Positions 37,538 to 50,799 of a stretch of DNA of 64,000 nucleotides are shown here, piece by piece. The DNA lies in the NCBI RefSeq assembly GCF_006345805.1, contig NC_042998.1, positions 165,354,001 through 165,418,000 of the forward strand. Direction: 5' to 3'. How positions within the stretch are numbered: the first letter of the stretch is position 1; every line of letters starts with the position of its first letter. The notes below the pieces were generated by a model, which saw only the letters and a list, made by a program, of their open reading frames with translations, did not search any database and was not told where the DNA came from. The position numbers and the translations under genes were made by a program. This stretch comes from Octopus sinensis (Eukaryota).

Positions 37538-38680
37538 GGTATCTAAATTTGGTACGGCCCTTACTTTATCTATTATTCCCCCTCTCATTTTTCTTCCTTT
37601 CTCTCTCTCACCCTCTCTCACATTTCTTGGCCCTCTCTTTATTTAACTCCCACTATTATCCACTCGTTTATATCCCTTGCGCATTTCCCTTTGTCTCTGA
37701 TTTCTTATAATCCTCCAATCCCGCTGTTTACTACCCATCTCTTCTCCTTCCACGTGACCGATGTCCGGCCTGCCAATGATCTTTCTTTCTTGCCCTGACT
37801 GCCAACTGTCAACACGTCTTGTGTCAATCTCCCATGATCCTGGTTTTACTTCATACACGCCAGCTCAATTTGAATCGTTCTCAATCGAAAGACGCCTATT
37901 CTTATTTCTTGTTGTTGTATTCGAATCGTGTCTTAATCTTTAAAGGAATAGGTGTCTTCATGATAAGACTGTGACATACTGCGCTTAATAGAATTTGATT
38001 TCAAGATTCTATTAAGATTCTAAAGTAAAATTTATTTTTACAATAGAAGACAGCGCATGAAACTCTACGTACAATCAATGCAGCCCTTTATGAAGAAACA
38101 AATTAGCGTTCGATCTCCCAACAAAATAGACAAAACAGAGCCTCTAACAGTTCGGAATTGTCTAACAATACACTGCGTATCATTAGAATGGCTGCTTTCT
38201 ACCAACCAGCCAACCAACAAGGCTGCCCTCTATCAGCCCATAATGCAGTGTCTGCTAATCCAACAAGTGCGTCAGTGCAAGCCACGAAAGGTAGCCTCTA
38301 CCAGCTAATATGAAAAATTCTACCAGCCAACGGATCAGCCTTACACAAACTAACAAAGCTGTTTTAAGAAGCCAACAAATCAACACTGTAATATATCATG
38401 TTTGTACTATGATAGACAAAAAAGCAGCGCTAAACTGCTAGCCAACATGATGGCCCTGTGCTAATCAACAAAGAGTCCTACACATTCAAAGAAGCTAAAC
38501 ATATACAAAGTAAAAGGTAGGATGAACCAACAAACAAACCTAAACGTGAACAGGATGCGTTCCCGCGGTTGTTTGAGTTGTCCTGCATCACGCTAAATTA
38601 ACTTCCAGCCACAAAGCTCTCGTCCTCAAATGAGAAATGTCACATTGGATTATGTATCTCGGTACATATCCTAGCTGTAA

Positions 38681-38748
<68 letters not shown>

Positions 38749-38998
38749 TCATGACTGAAAAGTGTATCGAACGATGAAAACTTCGACACACAACAATGAA
38801 TCTGTGGATCACATAAAAGTAGTTCGCACGACTAGCTACGATTTCATAGGTCCCTTCCAGAAACATTGACCTTGGAGGGAAAACAACAACAATAACTAAT
38901 AGGAGAAAGGTTTCAACAAAAGAATGCAAATAAATAAACATGATTGTGTATGTATGTATGTATGTATGTATGTATGTATGAATGTATGTACGTATGTA

Positions 38999-39029
<31 letters not shown>

Positions 39030-39612
39030 ATGTATGTATGTATATATGTATGTATGTGTGTGTGCGCATTCAAGCAGTAAAGTCCGTAATCTTTGGGGCT
39101 GTAGTTTCATACGCTCTCTCCGTTTATATGGCTTTTATTTCTAATTTGCCTGCTCCAAATCTCCCCCTCTCTCTCTCTCTCTCACACACACAAACATACA
39201 CACATGCTCTCTCTCTCTCTCTCTCTCTTCTCACTCTCGCGTGTTTATGGTCTCTTCACAAATTTGTCATGAAAATTTACACAATATTCATTTTCGCACA
39301 CATTCATACACAAACATACGCACTCACGCACACGTACACATATACCTACACACATATATACATAAACCTACACGCACGCACACGCACGCACACGCACACT
39401 CACACACACACACATCACCCGTCCACACCTGTGCTAATATTTTACACAATGAATTTCTACTCCAGGTGTTCTACTCAATCAACTGATGTCTTATAATACG
39501 CACACACACGCACACTAATATATCTGTGAGTATACATGTATATATATATATATATATATAATATATATATATACGTACATACACACACATATATATATAG
39601 ATATATACGTGC

Positions 39613-39696
<84 letters not shown>

Positions 39697-39759
39697 ACAT
39701 ATATATATATAATATATATTATATATATATATATATATTACGTACATACACACACACAC

Positions 39760-39790
<31 letters not shown>

Positions 39791-39904
39791 CACATAAATA
39801 CATATGCGTATATTATATGGTGTAGAAGATGTATTTTTAGAATATCAGATATTATTTTTAGTAAAGGATATAAATGAATATTTTTAAAGGGTGGTAAAGG
39901 TTTC

Positions 39905-41506
39905 TTGTCTAATTGTTGTTATAAGGGATATACTAATATAAGTAATAGGAAAATGAAAGAAATGGCTAGTTTTATTACTAATAATTCGTTTGTAATGTTT
40001 GCGGGTAGGGTGTTTGTGCAGGTTAGGGGAATTCTAATGGTGGGCAATTGTAACCCTTTATTGGCGGACATTTATCTATCTTCATGCGAGTTCTGTTTTT
40101 TCTTAAGGACCTATGTGCTAGGAAAAGGATAGGTTTGCTTAAATAACTTGATGCATGCTGCAGATACATAGATGATATATTTATACCTAATTATGATTTC
40201 TTTGAATTTTTACTCAGAAAAATATACCTTAGTGAACTTATAGCTATCAGAAATTGTAACAATATAAGAAATATTAATTATTTAGATGTCAATCTAGTAA
40301 TTAAGGATAATAATGAAATATGCACTGACATTTATAATAAAAAAGATTGGATCTTTTCCTTTTGAACGGCATATGTCAACACAATTTCTAGTTAACTAAA
40401 CACTTTTAAACTTCGTATACTGGTAGAATGTGTTTATAAAACATCATTTTTTCTTGGCTTTATTGAGAAAATTCTATAGTTTGTAAGATATTTCCACTTT
40501 AAAATCGAGCATTTCGGCAATTTTAACCAATCGCTGAACTCCATTTAGGTAAACAACATTCCGTGCTGTATGAATATGTCCCTCCTTTAAGAAACAGATT
40601 AGGTTTATTTACATTTGCGAAGAAAAAGATACCCTTCCCCCACCCATAACCCTAACCCTAAAACAGATTGAAATGCAATAGATTGATACTAGGGTTATAA
40701 TTATGGGTGACAATTTCATACGACACCGCCAAACCCTAACCCTAAAACAGATTGAATTGCAATAGATCGATACTAGGGTTATAATTATGGGTGACATTTT
40801 CATTTGACACCGCTAGAAAGAAATCCCATTTTCCGTAGCGGTGTCGTATGAACTTGTCACCCATAATTATAACCCTAGTATCAATCTATTGCATTTCAAT
40901 CTGTTTTAGGGTTAGGGTTAGGGGTGGGGGAAGGGTATCTTTTTTCTTCGCAAATGTAAATAAACCTAATCTGTTTCTTAAAGGAGGGACATATTCATAC
41001 AGCACGGAATGTTGTTTACCTAAATGGAGGTCAGCGATTGGTTAAAATTGCCGAAATGCTCGATTTTAAAGTGAAAATATCTTACAAACTATAGAATTTT
41101 CTCAATAAAGCCAAGAAAAAAATGATGTTTTAGAAACACATTCTACCAGTATACGAAGTTTAAAAGTGTTTAGTTAACTAGAAATTGTATTGAAAACTGC
41201 CGTTCAAAAGGAAAAGATCCAAAAGATTTTGGTTTCCAAGTGGCTTCAATGCCATGGTTCAGTAGTAAAATTCTTTCTTTAATTGGTTATGGTGTTTTAG
41301 CGGGGCAAGTTGTTAGATGTAGTACTATTATTAATAATGCTACTAAACTTTTGTAAAGAATAAAGAAACTGTTAAGACATTTAGTTAAACAATGGTATAA
41401 ATATGGTAAATTGGTTAAAACTTTTAATCACTGTTTAGGCGGGAAACTTGAAATTTTAAATAAATACGGGATAATATCTAGTCTTCAACTTAGCAAATAT
41501 TTGTAA
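39905..41506 (+). pseudogene. Penelope-like reverse transcriptase remnant (Naiad-like), split by a MITE at 40349-41220
   Basis: FAGRVFVQVRGILMVGNCNPLLADIYL...RYIDDIF...INYLDV...DIYNKKD|FGFQVASMPWFSSKILSLIGYGVLAGQVVRCS...KYL*. The frame is restored across the MITE when one TSD copy is removed. Confidence 0.85.
40349..41220. mobile_element. 872-bp foldback MITE with 8-bp TSD
   Basis: The whole element is an inverted repeat (ggatcttttccttttgaacggca...tgccgttcaaaaggaaaagatcc); TSD aaaagatt at 40341-48 and 41221-28; 20-nt central spacer. Confidence 0.95.
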
Positions 41507-41904
41507 GAATTTGGAAGGTATTCGATTCGAGTTATTTGCTTACTTGCGTCACCAATATTGTCTGAGACAATTGAGGAAGTAGTAATTATGCCCTGGGTCA
41601 TCAATATTTAAGTTGGTTCTTTAAATTCTTGGTGATGGACCGCGTGTCTGATAAAACATGTAACTGTTAATACTTGGAGTTTTATCATTTTTAAACAGTT
41701 TTAATTAGCTTTAAACATAGCAAAGTTTTATAATACTAGTTAATTAGAAGTACTTTTATTAGTTCCTATTTTATAAAATTTAATGTTTCTATTTGTTACT
41801 GGTAATTTAATATTATAGTTTGTAGTGGTGATATATGAATGAGTATGTAATGTTTTAGTACTAACTTTTGAATGATGAAATAATGTATTTCATTCATAAT
41901 TATT

Positions 41905-42345
41905 ATAAATCTTGCATTATCATACCAAGAGTAAGGTCAATGTTGTCTTCGGTGGTTGCAGTTGGAGGTCTCCTTGGTCTGGGATCATCTTCCACACTTT
42001 CCCTGCCACGCTGGAATTCAGTTACCCAGCATTTGACTGTTGCATATAAAGAAGAATTGTATGTTAAGGTTCTCACCATATCTTCATGGATTTCTGATGG
42101 AGTCATGCCATTTTAAATGAAGGTCCTTTATGACAGCACGGTACTCAGTTTTCTCAGTTCTCCTTGCAAACTCAAAGCTTGTTTATTCAAAAATCTGCAG
42201 CAAAAAAAAAAAAAAATTAAAATATCAGAATCATGAAAATGAGCAAGAATACTCCGAAAAGACTGTACTTACCAGAAAAAAATTGTTTCAGCTATATAAC
42301 AGCCCCGATTCTAGGTTAGGCTCAAAACTTTTCATACACCCCTCG
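41905..42345 (-). pseudogene. mariner 5' fragment with one TIR
   Basis: TA|cgaggggtgtatgaaaagtttt terminus; EKTEYRAVIK...GMTPSEIHEDMVRTL...WVTEFQRGRESVEDDPRPRRP. Confidence 0.88.
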
Positions 42346-42366
42346 TATATATATATATATATATAT

Positions 42367-42449
<83 letters not shown>

Positions 42450-42512
42450 GATAGATAGATAGACAGACAGATAGATAGATTGATAGATAGATAGATAGAT
42501 AGATCTTCATAT

Positions 42513-42543
<31 letters not shown>

Positions 42544-43385
42544 AGTGTGTAGGGTGGTTTGGTATGCATGTCACATTAGAATTTTATCTGTAACTATGGT
42601 TCCTTCAGATACACTCATCCACCGTACGTACACATATACGCACTTTAACGCTTATCATATATACATATGTGTGTGTGTGTGTGTCTGTGTGCACGTGTAT
42701 ATGTATGTGTGTTATACATACATACAAATTTATATAGATATATGTACATGCACACACACACACACACACACACCACACACACACACACAATTAGATTTGT
42801 TTGTATGTGAATTGGTGAGTGTGAATGCTTTTGTTAGGAGATAAGCCACATAAGTGTGTGTGAGTGTGTGTGTGTGTGTGTGCGCGTGTGTGTGAGCGTG
42901 CGTTCGTGTAGATGCGAGTATGTTTGTGTGTGTGTCGTGTGTGTGTTTGTGTGTGTGTGTTTGTGTGTGTTTGGTTCAATATTTACATAGCTGCTTTTAA
43001 ACAATATCAGAAGCAGAGATAAGGAAGACTTGGCGATTGGTGTGAGAACCTGAAACTTGTTCTGTTATTGTAATCAAATTGGTAATGGTCACATAATTCA
43101 ATAGTTCACATCTAAATTAGGACACTATAAATATGCATGTGAGCAAAATAATTCCCTTTCTATTTTCAACGTCTGATATTCTCACAATATTTTTCTTATC
43201 TTTTTTTTTCTTTTATCTTTGCTACTTACCTTTCCCTTCCTGTCAGCGACATAACTCTCACCGTCTTAGGCATACATACAAACGTATATTCATACCTATC
43301 TACATACATTCGTGTGTATGTGTGTGTGTCTCCGAGTGTGCATGTGCGTATACGTCTATGAATATATATTAATATATATATATAT

Positions 43386-43446
<61 letters not shown>

Positions 43447-43672
43447 ATACACTACATACCTACATACATAGCATATAGATATAAGTGTGTATGTGTGTGC
43501 GTGCGTGCGTGTGTATGTGTGTGTGTGTGTGTGTGCTATATATATATATATGTAGGAATGTCTATTTGGATACTGTGTTTGTTAGGTTACCTCAACCCTA
43601 TATTTTTGCTTTGAATGTTTTCTTTTTTCATTTGAATCTTTAGCGCTCCCGATTGTATGCGCGTGATTTCGT

Positions 43673-43746
<74 letters not shown>

Positions 43747-44110
43747 TTCTGTGTGTTGTGCATGTATTAGTCTGTTATAGTATCCTTTGTGCCTCGTGTA
43801 ATTTTCTTTATAGCTGTTTTCTAATTAAATTCTTTACAAAACGCAGAAAATAAAGAACAAAAACAAAACATAAGAAAGTAAGAAACGATTAAAAAGACAA
43901 CGTAAAATTTAACATATCCAGGTCACAGCTGATAAAAAGGAAACAAGAGCTAAACGAAACACTTTTGGCTTTCAGCTAACAGGTGTTAAATAAACAATCT
44001 TTGACCAGGTGATATTCTGCTCTACGTTAAACTTTGTCACTGATACAGCCACCACTCACAATTTTAATAACACAAACCAGTAAAGGAGCAGCTATTTCTT
44101 CTCTCGGTTT

Positions 44111-45150
44111 GTTACAAATAGCAGCTCAATCTTTCACAAATCACACTTTACCATTAGTTGGTCTCAAATTCTTTACATTGAGGACAAATGCTGATGTTCA
44201 TGACTTTTATGATTTCAATCATGGGTCTGCTTGTCTTATATTGGACAATAACTACATTAATGTGAACAGGTATCAATCGATCTGCTACAAATAGCAGTCA
44301 TATATCTCTGAAATCACATCTCACTATTAACTCGGGTGCTCCGGAATTCCTTTGCATAGAGGACAAAAGTTGAAGGTCGTGACTGCCAGGATCTAATAAA
44401 AAAGAATCTACTGGATTTAGACTGAACGAAACGTACTCAGTAACTACAATAACGCGAACGAAAGACACCCGGCTGCTACAAATAGCATCGATATCTCTCT
44501 AATTTAATGATGCTAGTCCTGAGTTTCTTGCACATAGGTAGAAGGTGTAGACGATCATGGATGTTTGCATTTCATTGTAAATCTGTTTAGAACTGAGCTA
44601 TACAATAACACGAAAAGGGAAAATTTTGTCTGCCACAGACAGCAGATCAATCTTCCTCAAATCACTTTTTACCGTTGACTAAGTTCGTCCCGAGTCACTC
44701 GCATATTGGGAAACAAGGGAAATGGTCACAGCTCTAATGATTTTCCGCATAGTTCTAAATGATTAGGACTGATCTAGACCGAAATAACGACAATAGTATG
44801 AACGGGGAATACTCAACCTACTACGGTTACCAGCAAAATCCTTCACCTAAACCACATACAACTGACGACAAAAATGGAAAAGGGCACGTTACATAATGTC
44901 ATAGTTATACAAAAGGATAGAGTGGATGCATTTGGAACGTCTTTGGTTATACGTCCGGTGAATCAGATCTGAAATAAATACGCAGCTGCAACAACATCAA
45001 CAACATCAATTACGATAACAGCAAGGGAGTTTTGTTAAAGCTATTGTATACAGCTATTGTATATAGCGAATCATCTTGAAAAGGAAATGATATATTGGAT
45101 AATGTAAGTTTAGATATGTAATTCCTAAGGAAAAGCCGTGATGGCCATGG
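44111..45150. repeat. degenerate head-to-tail array of a ~160-190-bp dispersed repeat
   Basis: g[c/t]tacaaatagcag...atct...aaatcac recurs at 44111, 44284, 44475, 44632 and ~44825. Confidence 0.6.
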
Positions 45151-45474
45151 CTACAGCCCCTTTGATAAATGGTGTACTCATTCAGAAATGATCTGGTTGT
45201 GGACAAAAGCAATAACAATTTCTTTCTCGCATAGGCACTCGGCTTAAATTTTGGGAAGGGGAATGACGATACCATCGACACAGACCCCGCAAGGATTTGA
45301 ACTCTGACCGCAAAGGCGCAAAGGGTAGGAAAAAGTACAGCATGATATTTTGTTCATTGCCCTAAGCAACAACAATAATAACATAAACATTTCAGGAATC
45401 AATGATGGCTAACACAAAAATATGTCTGGAAGAAAAAAATAATTACTGAAAAGGTGTGTAGTTTATAAGATCGC

Positions 45475-45945
45475 ATAGCGATCTCGTGGTTTCGGTTCAA
45501 TTCTACTGCGTGGCACCTCGGGTAAGTGTCTCCTACTATAGCCTAATCTGACCAATGACTTGTGACTGGATCTGGGAGATGGAAACAGTATCGAAATCTT
45601 TAATATATATTCCCACCCACATGATTCCGGATTCGGTCCCAATGCCTGGAACGTTGGGCAAGTGTCTTCTACTATATCCTCGGGCCGATCAAAGCCTTGT
45701 GAGTGGATTTGGTAGACGGAAACTGAAAGAAGCCCGTCGTATATATGTATATATATATATATGTATTTGTGTGTCTGTGTTTGTACCCCCACCATCGCTT
45801 GACAACCGATGTTGTTGGTGTGTTTACGTCCTCGCAACATAACGGTTCGGCAAAAAAGACCGAAAAAATAAGTAATACGCTTACAAAGAATAAGTACTTG
45901 ATTACATTTACTAACCGAAACATAATGACTGAAACAACAAACGAA
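45475..45945 (+). mobile_element. SINE family B (two partial heads plus body)
   Basis: Two gcaccttgggcaagtgtc-like segments followed by the full 3' half. Confidence 0.85.
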
Positions 45946-46129
45946 GTGATGAAATTGATAAAGACATAATACTTTCGTAAAATGACGGTTCAGCCTCGTT
46001 TGAACAAGCTTTTGATAAAAAGTGTTGCAGACATAACCAACCCGTTTATTGAATATTTGTTTTTTGTAGAGAGCTGAGTGCAATTTTTTAATTGACTTAG
46101 CTACTATAACTAGTAGACTGAACGAACGG

Positions 46130-46396
46130 GATATATGCTAATAGTATTGCTTATTTGATTTATAGTCAATCGCTTGTCATCCCTCACCATGTGTTGAACA
46201 CGATCAGTGTTTTCCTCGGTGGCGGCATTTGCAGAACACCTAGACCATATCTCACCTTCAAAACTTTCCTTTTCCCTCTTGAATTCAGCTTCCCATTTTT
46301 GCACTTCTGATGTCAGCGTCAGCGTGAATGTCCTTGGAGAACTAAACCTTTTTACTGCAGATACTTGATGATACCACGATGCCAAGTTTTATCCAT
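46130..46396 (-). pseudogene. old mariner transposase 5' fragment
   Basis: MDKTWHRGIIKYLQ*KG...VQKWEAEFKREKESFE...EENTDRVQHMVRDDKRLTINQIS. Confidence 0.75.
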
Positions 46397-47328
46397 TTTC
46401 AAGAGAAGTCGCTTCTTGTTACTTTTGAAATCTTCTTTGTTGAGTCAGATTTCAGTTTATCTGGAAAAAAACAATGTAGTTACTAAGAAGCAGAGTTGAA
46501 ATTAATGCATGCAATATTTCACATCAGCTGATGAATTTTTCAGCTCATCGTCGTAATACTGATTTCGATCATGTACAGTAGACCACAATTTTTGAGAAAG
46601 TCTGAAGCAATTATGTAATGCTATTTGATAGATATTTTATTCACGTGTTTTTTTTTGGGGGGGGGGGTCGACTCAAAGGGTGAAAGGTGTAAATCAACAA
46701 CTTATGGAACAGAACTAAGACATTGAAACCATGCAAAGAATTTTCTACAGAGTTCTTGCTTCTTGTGCTAATCCAGAACCATGAAGTAAATGTTAGATAT
46801 AGTATTACTTAAAAGTGCCAAGATATTCTCTTTGAATTGGTAATGAATTAGCAACAGCTTTCTTAATGATAAAAGTCTTTGCAGTATTTCTTCCAGCTCT
46901 CCGTGTTCTGAGTTCAAATCCTGCTGAGGTCCTATCCCTCGGGGTTGGTAAGTAAGGCCTCTTCACTGAGATCATGCGTATGATATCGTGAATGTACAGC
47001 ATTGTTAGAAGCACCTACTCTACTTGATCGACTGTTATAGATACGCCTACTTTCTACTTTTTATCTTTTATATATGTTTCAGTTATCAGACTGTGGCCAC
47101 GCTGAAGCACCGTCTTGAAGAATTTTAGACGAACGTATCGTCCCAAGTAATGATTTTCTTTTAAGTCTGTTATTCAGTCTATCGATCAGTTTTGCCGAGC
47201 CACTAGATTACTGTGACACCAGCACACCAACACCGGCGGTCATGGATTCAACTCTATACATATGCCTGCCTCTACATGGTTATGCGACCGTGCTTTGGCT
47301 ATCAGCATTTTAATACAGGCATTTATGC

Positions 47329-47367
<39 letters not shown>

Positions 47368-47684
47368 CGTACATACATATATATATATACATACAAAGAG
47401 TGAGAGAGAGAGGGGGGGGAGAAGGGGCTAAACAGGGTGGAGAGAGGGGGAAAAGGAAAGCCATAACGTATCATGGACAGATAAAAAAATAGAAAGTAAC
47501 AGAGACAATAATAAAAGAAAGGGAGGAAAATGATATTGAAACAAACTTGACCCCAATGCGATAAGAAGCTAGAACATTATTTTATTGAATTCCATTTGCA
47601 TATGTTATATATGTGCGAGTTTACACATACATACATACATATATACAGGCAGACAGACAGACAAACAAACAGACAGACAAACAA

Positions 47685-47731
<47 letters not shown>

Positions 47732-47740
47732 TATAAATGG

Positions 47741-47771
<31 letters not shown>

Positions 47772-48429
47772 GATAGATGCACACATACACACATGTACAT
47801 ATATGAATACATGTATACATGCATACATGCATACATAAATGCATATACACACATTCTTGTTCATGTATATTGGCACACGTATTACATGAAACACAACTGA
47901 AGCGGCGTTCTTGATAGTTATTTCAGAAGATATTCCCAAGTGACAAAAGGTAAGATCTAAAGTAATTTATGAATTCTTTCACATTAAGTAATGGATGTCG
48001 TACATATTTTCAATAATTTTCACCATTGCACTCTGAATTTCATTTGAGTCTGGTATAAGGGAAAACATTTCACGTTATGCTTTTCCTGTAAGTTTTTTTT
48101 TTTATTAGTTAATCAATTTGTCTTGGCCGTCATGGCGGCTTGTTTCTGAAAGTGATTAACTTTAGAGACCGCCAGAATTCGAAACGGAAGTTAAGGGAAT
48201 TGAATTCCTTGATAAAATTCTGTGTAAAAATATCTCAGTAATGCGTTAAAAGTAAGAATTAGCTAAAAGGCATTTTCACACAAGATCAGCTTACATTTGA
48301 AATCTCATTTCAATAAGAATGATTAAACCACCGCTACCAGCACTGTCGCATATGATAAACGCGACTAAGTTGTTTTATTGTGTTCATACATTTTATTCTG
48401 TCTGCAGTCAACGTTGATTGATCATTCAA

Positions 48430-48435
48430 TGCCGA

Positions 48436-48492
<57 letters not shown>

Positions 48493-48590
48493 CGATGACG
48501 ACGATGACGATGATGATGACGACGATGATGATAATGATGATGAGGAGGAGGAGAAGGAGGAAGATGATGACGACGACGATGATGATGATG
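48430..48590. repeat. (GCT)n-(GAT)n-(GAC)n trinucleotide repeat
   Basis: Explains the poly-L/poly-M ORF 48378-48749. Confidence 0.95.
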
Positions 48591-49671
48591 CAACTGTATT
48601 TGTGTTTTATCGGTGTTTTTCTCCTTGTTACTTTTATAGTTTATTTTGCTAAGTTTCGACGAATAGTTAAAGCGTGTTTAAGAGTTAAGGAATATTATTA
48701 CTACAGCGAAGAAAAGAAATGGAAGTTTCGAATTAAAAAGGAAGAATAATTGACACAAATTCTATAAGATATAAAGGAAATGCGTAGATTATAGAGAAAA
48801 AATCAAATCCATTAATTAAAATAATAATAATAATAATAATAATGATAAAGTATTCGGAAAGGAAATAAGTAATAAAGGCGAAATCAACTTATCGTAGAAC
48901 GATGGAAGTGAAAGACAATAAAAACTGACATAAAAGTTAAACGAAAATGAAAATGAAACAAGCAGTAGGTCCGACAATTCTTTAATAAAAATAAGACGTG
49001 TCCATTTTCGCTGTGTATTTGCTTGAAGGCTTTCAATCGTTTAATTCATACAGATAAACGTTCTAAGAATCAATATATGTAAAGGATAGTTTGATTTTCT
49101 TTAACACTAAATACATTTATTTCTGTATTATTTGTCCTATTTGTTAGATTGATTTTTCTTTTAAAAAGGAATAATCATAAAAATATAAACAATATATCAT
49201 ATATGCATAAAAATAAACTGAGTGGGGGCTAAACAATATCAAAGCTTGGTGATAGTAAGTCGCCGAAATGTATTAAAGTGCATGAGTTAAAGAAATTAAT
49301 ACTGGCTGAATTACCTGCAGGAAAGTCAACTGTCAAATATCACGTAGACAAGATTAAGAAATTACTTGAATGAAATGAAATTATCGGCTGAGCTTGCAGC
49401 GAAGATACAAGATGGCGTAGATTTCAGACAGAGTGGATTCTGTTTGTCTTGCTGTATGACAGACGATACGAGTTGTGAAAAGATTTAGATAAACAGTCAT
49501 ACAGGTATAAATAAACATATATCGTAAATGGATAGCTGGCTGAATTAATAAACATACGCATGTTGAGATAGACTTACACACAAAATATGTGTATGTAAAA
49601 TGGGAGAAAGTGCGAGGGTGAAAGACAGTTAGAGGTAGCTAGTCAGGTGGAAAGAGACTCACAACTATTTT

Positions 49672-49727
<56 letters not shown>

Positions 49728-49729
<2 letters not shown>

Positions 49730-49949
49730 GAAGAATAGCTCCCATTTTTAGACAGTCATTTAGTTTACGCCGAAAGGCTAAAAGCCAAACTTGACCTCGG
49801 CGTGTTTTGAACTCAGAATACAGGGAGCCAGAACAAATCCTGCAATTCAGCGCTCTGAATACAGAAACTGAATCTAGATAGATACAAACATACATACATA
49901 CATACATACATACATAAATACATACATACATACATACATACATACATAC

Positions 49950-50037
<88 letters not shown>

Positions 50038-50271
50038 TGTATGTATGTATGTATGTATGTATGTATGTATGTATGTATTATGTATGTATGTATGTATGTA
50101 TGTATGTATGTTTGTATCTATCTAGATTCAGTTTCTGTATTCAGAGCGCTGAATTGCAGGATTTGTTCTGGCTCCCTGTATTCTGAGTTCAAATCACGCC
50201 GAGGTCAAGTTTGGCTTTTAGCCTTTCGGCGTAAACTAAATGACTGTCTAAAAATGGGAGCTATTCTTCTT
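49728..50271. repeat. ~545-bp palindrome centred on (TA)n, containing a SINE A remnant
   Basis: ~160-bp complex arms with one visible mismatch, plus mirrored (TACA)n/(TATG)n. Confidence 0.95.
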
Positions 50272-50576
50272 TCTTAATATCTATTTACTTCCCTTCACGC
50301 TCTTACTGTTTCTTTCTCTCTCTCTCTCTCATTTTCCTTCTCTAGAAGAAACCGATTACGATGAGGCTTAGGCGTGGCTTTGTGGTAAGAAGTTTGCTTC
50401 CTAACCGCATAGCCTGGGACTAAACAAATCTGCAAGATCTTAAGATTTAGAGGATGATTGTTGAATCAAGATAATTTTCTTCACAACCTTGCTACCAAGT
50501 CGGTCAAAATTTACTCTAAATTAAAGTAAAAGAAAATACATACATACATACATAGATACATACATACATACATACA

Positions 50577-50612
<36 letters not shown>

Positions 50613-50799
50613 TATGATGGCTGCCCCCGCGTTATCGAGTATGGCTATTGCACGAAGCTTAATTAATGTTGTTATCGTGCAATGCCAGTGCAAGAAGATT
50701 TTTTTTAAAGTGAGGAAAGGCTGTGCACTGAGTCAATCCCACTCACTAAGCAACAGCAGCCATAATCCAAAAAGAAGAACTAGTCAACCTCATCAGTAA

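Noticed and set aside
40906-40923. (TTAGGG)3 as a telomere or fusion scar
   Set aside because: Only three units, mirrored inside a TSD-flanked MITE.
44415-44442. ctgaacgaaacgtactcag hammerhead-like string
   Set aside because: No helix II and no helix I pairing.
48378-48749. Signal-peptide or TM-like ORF with poly-L/M
   Set aside because: Built from (GCT)n/(GAT)n repeats.
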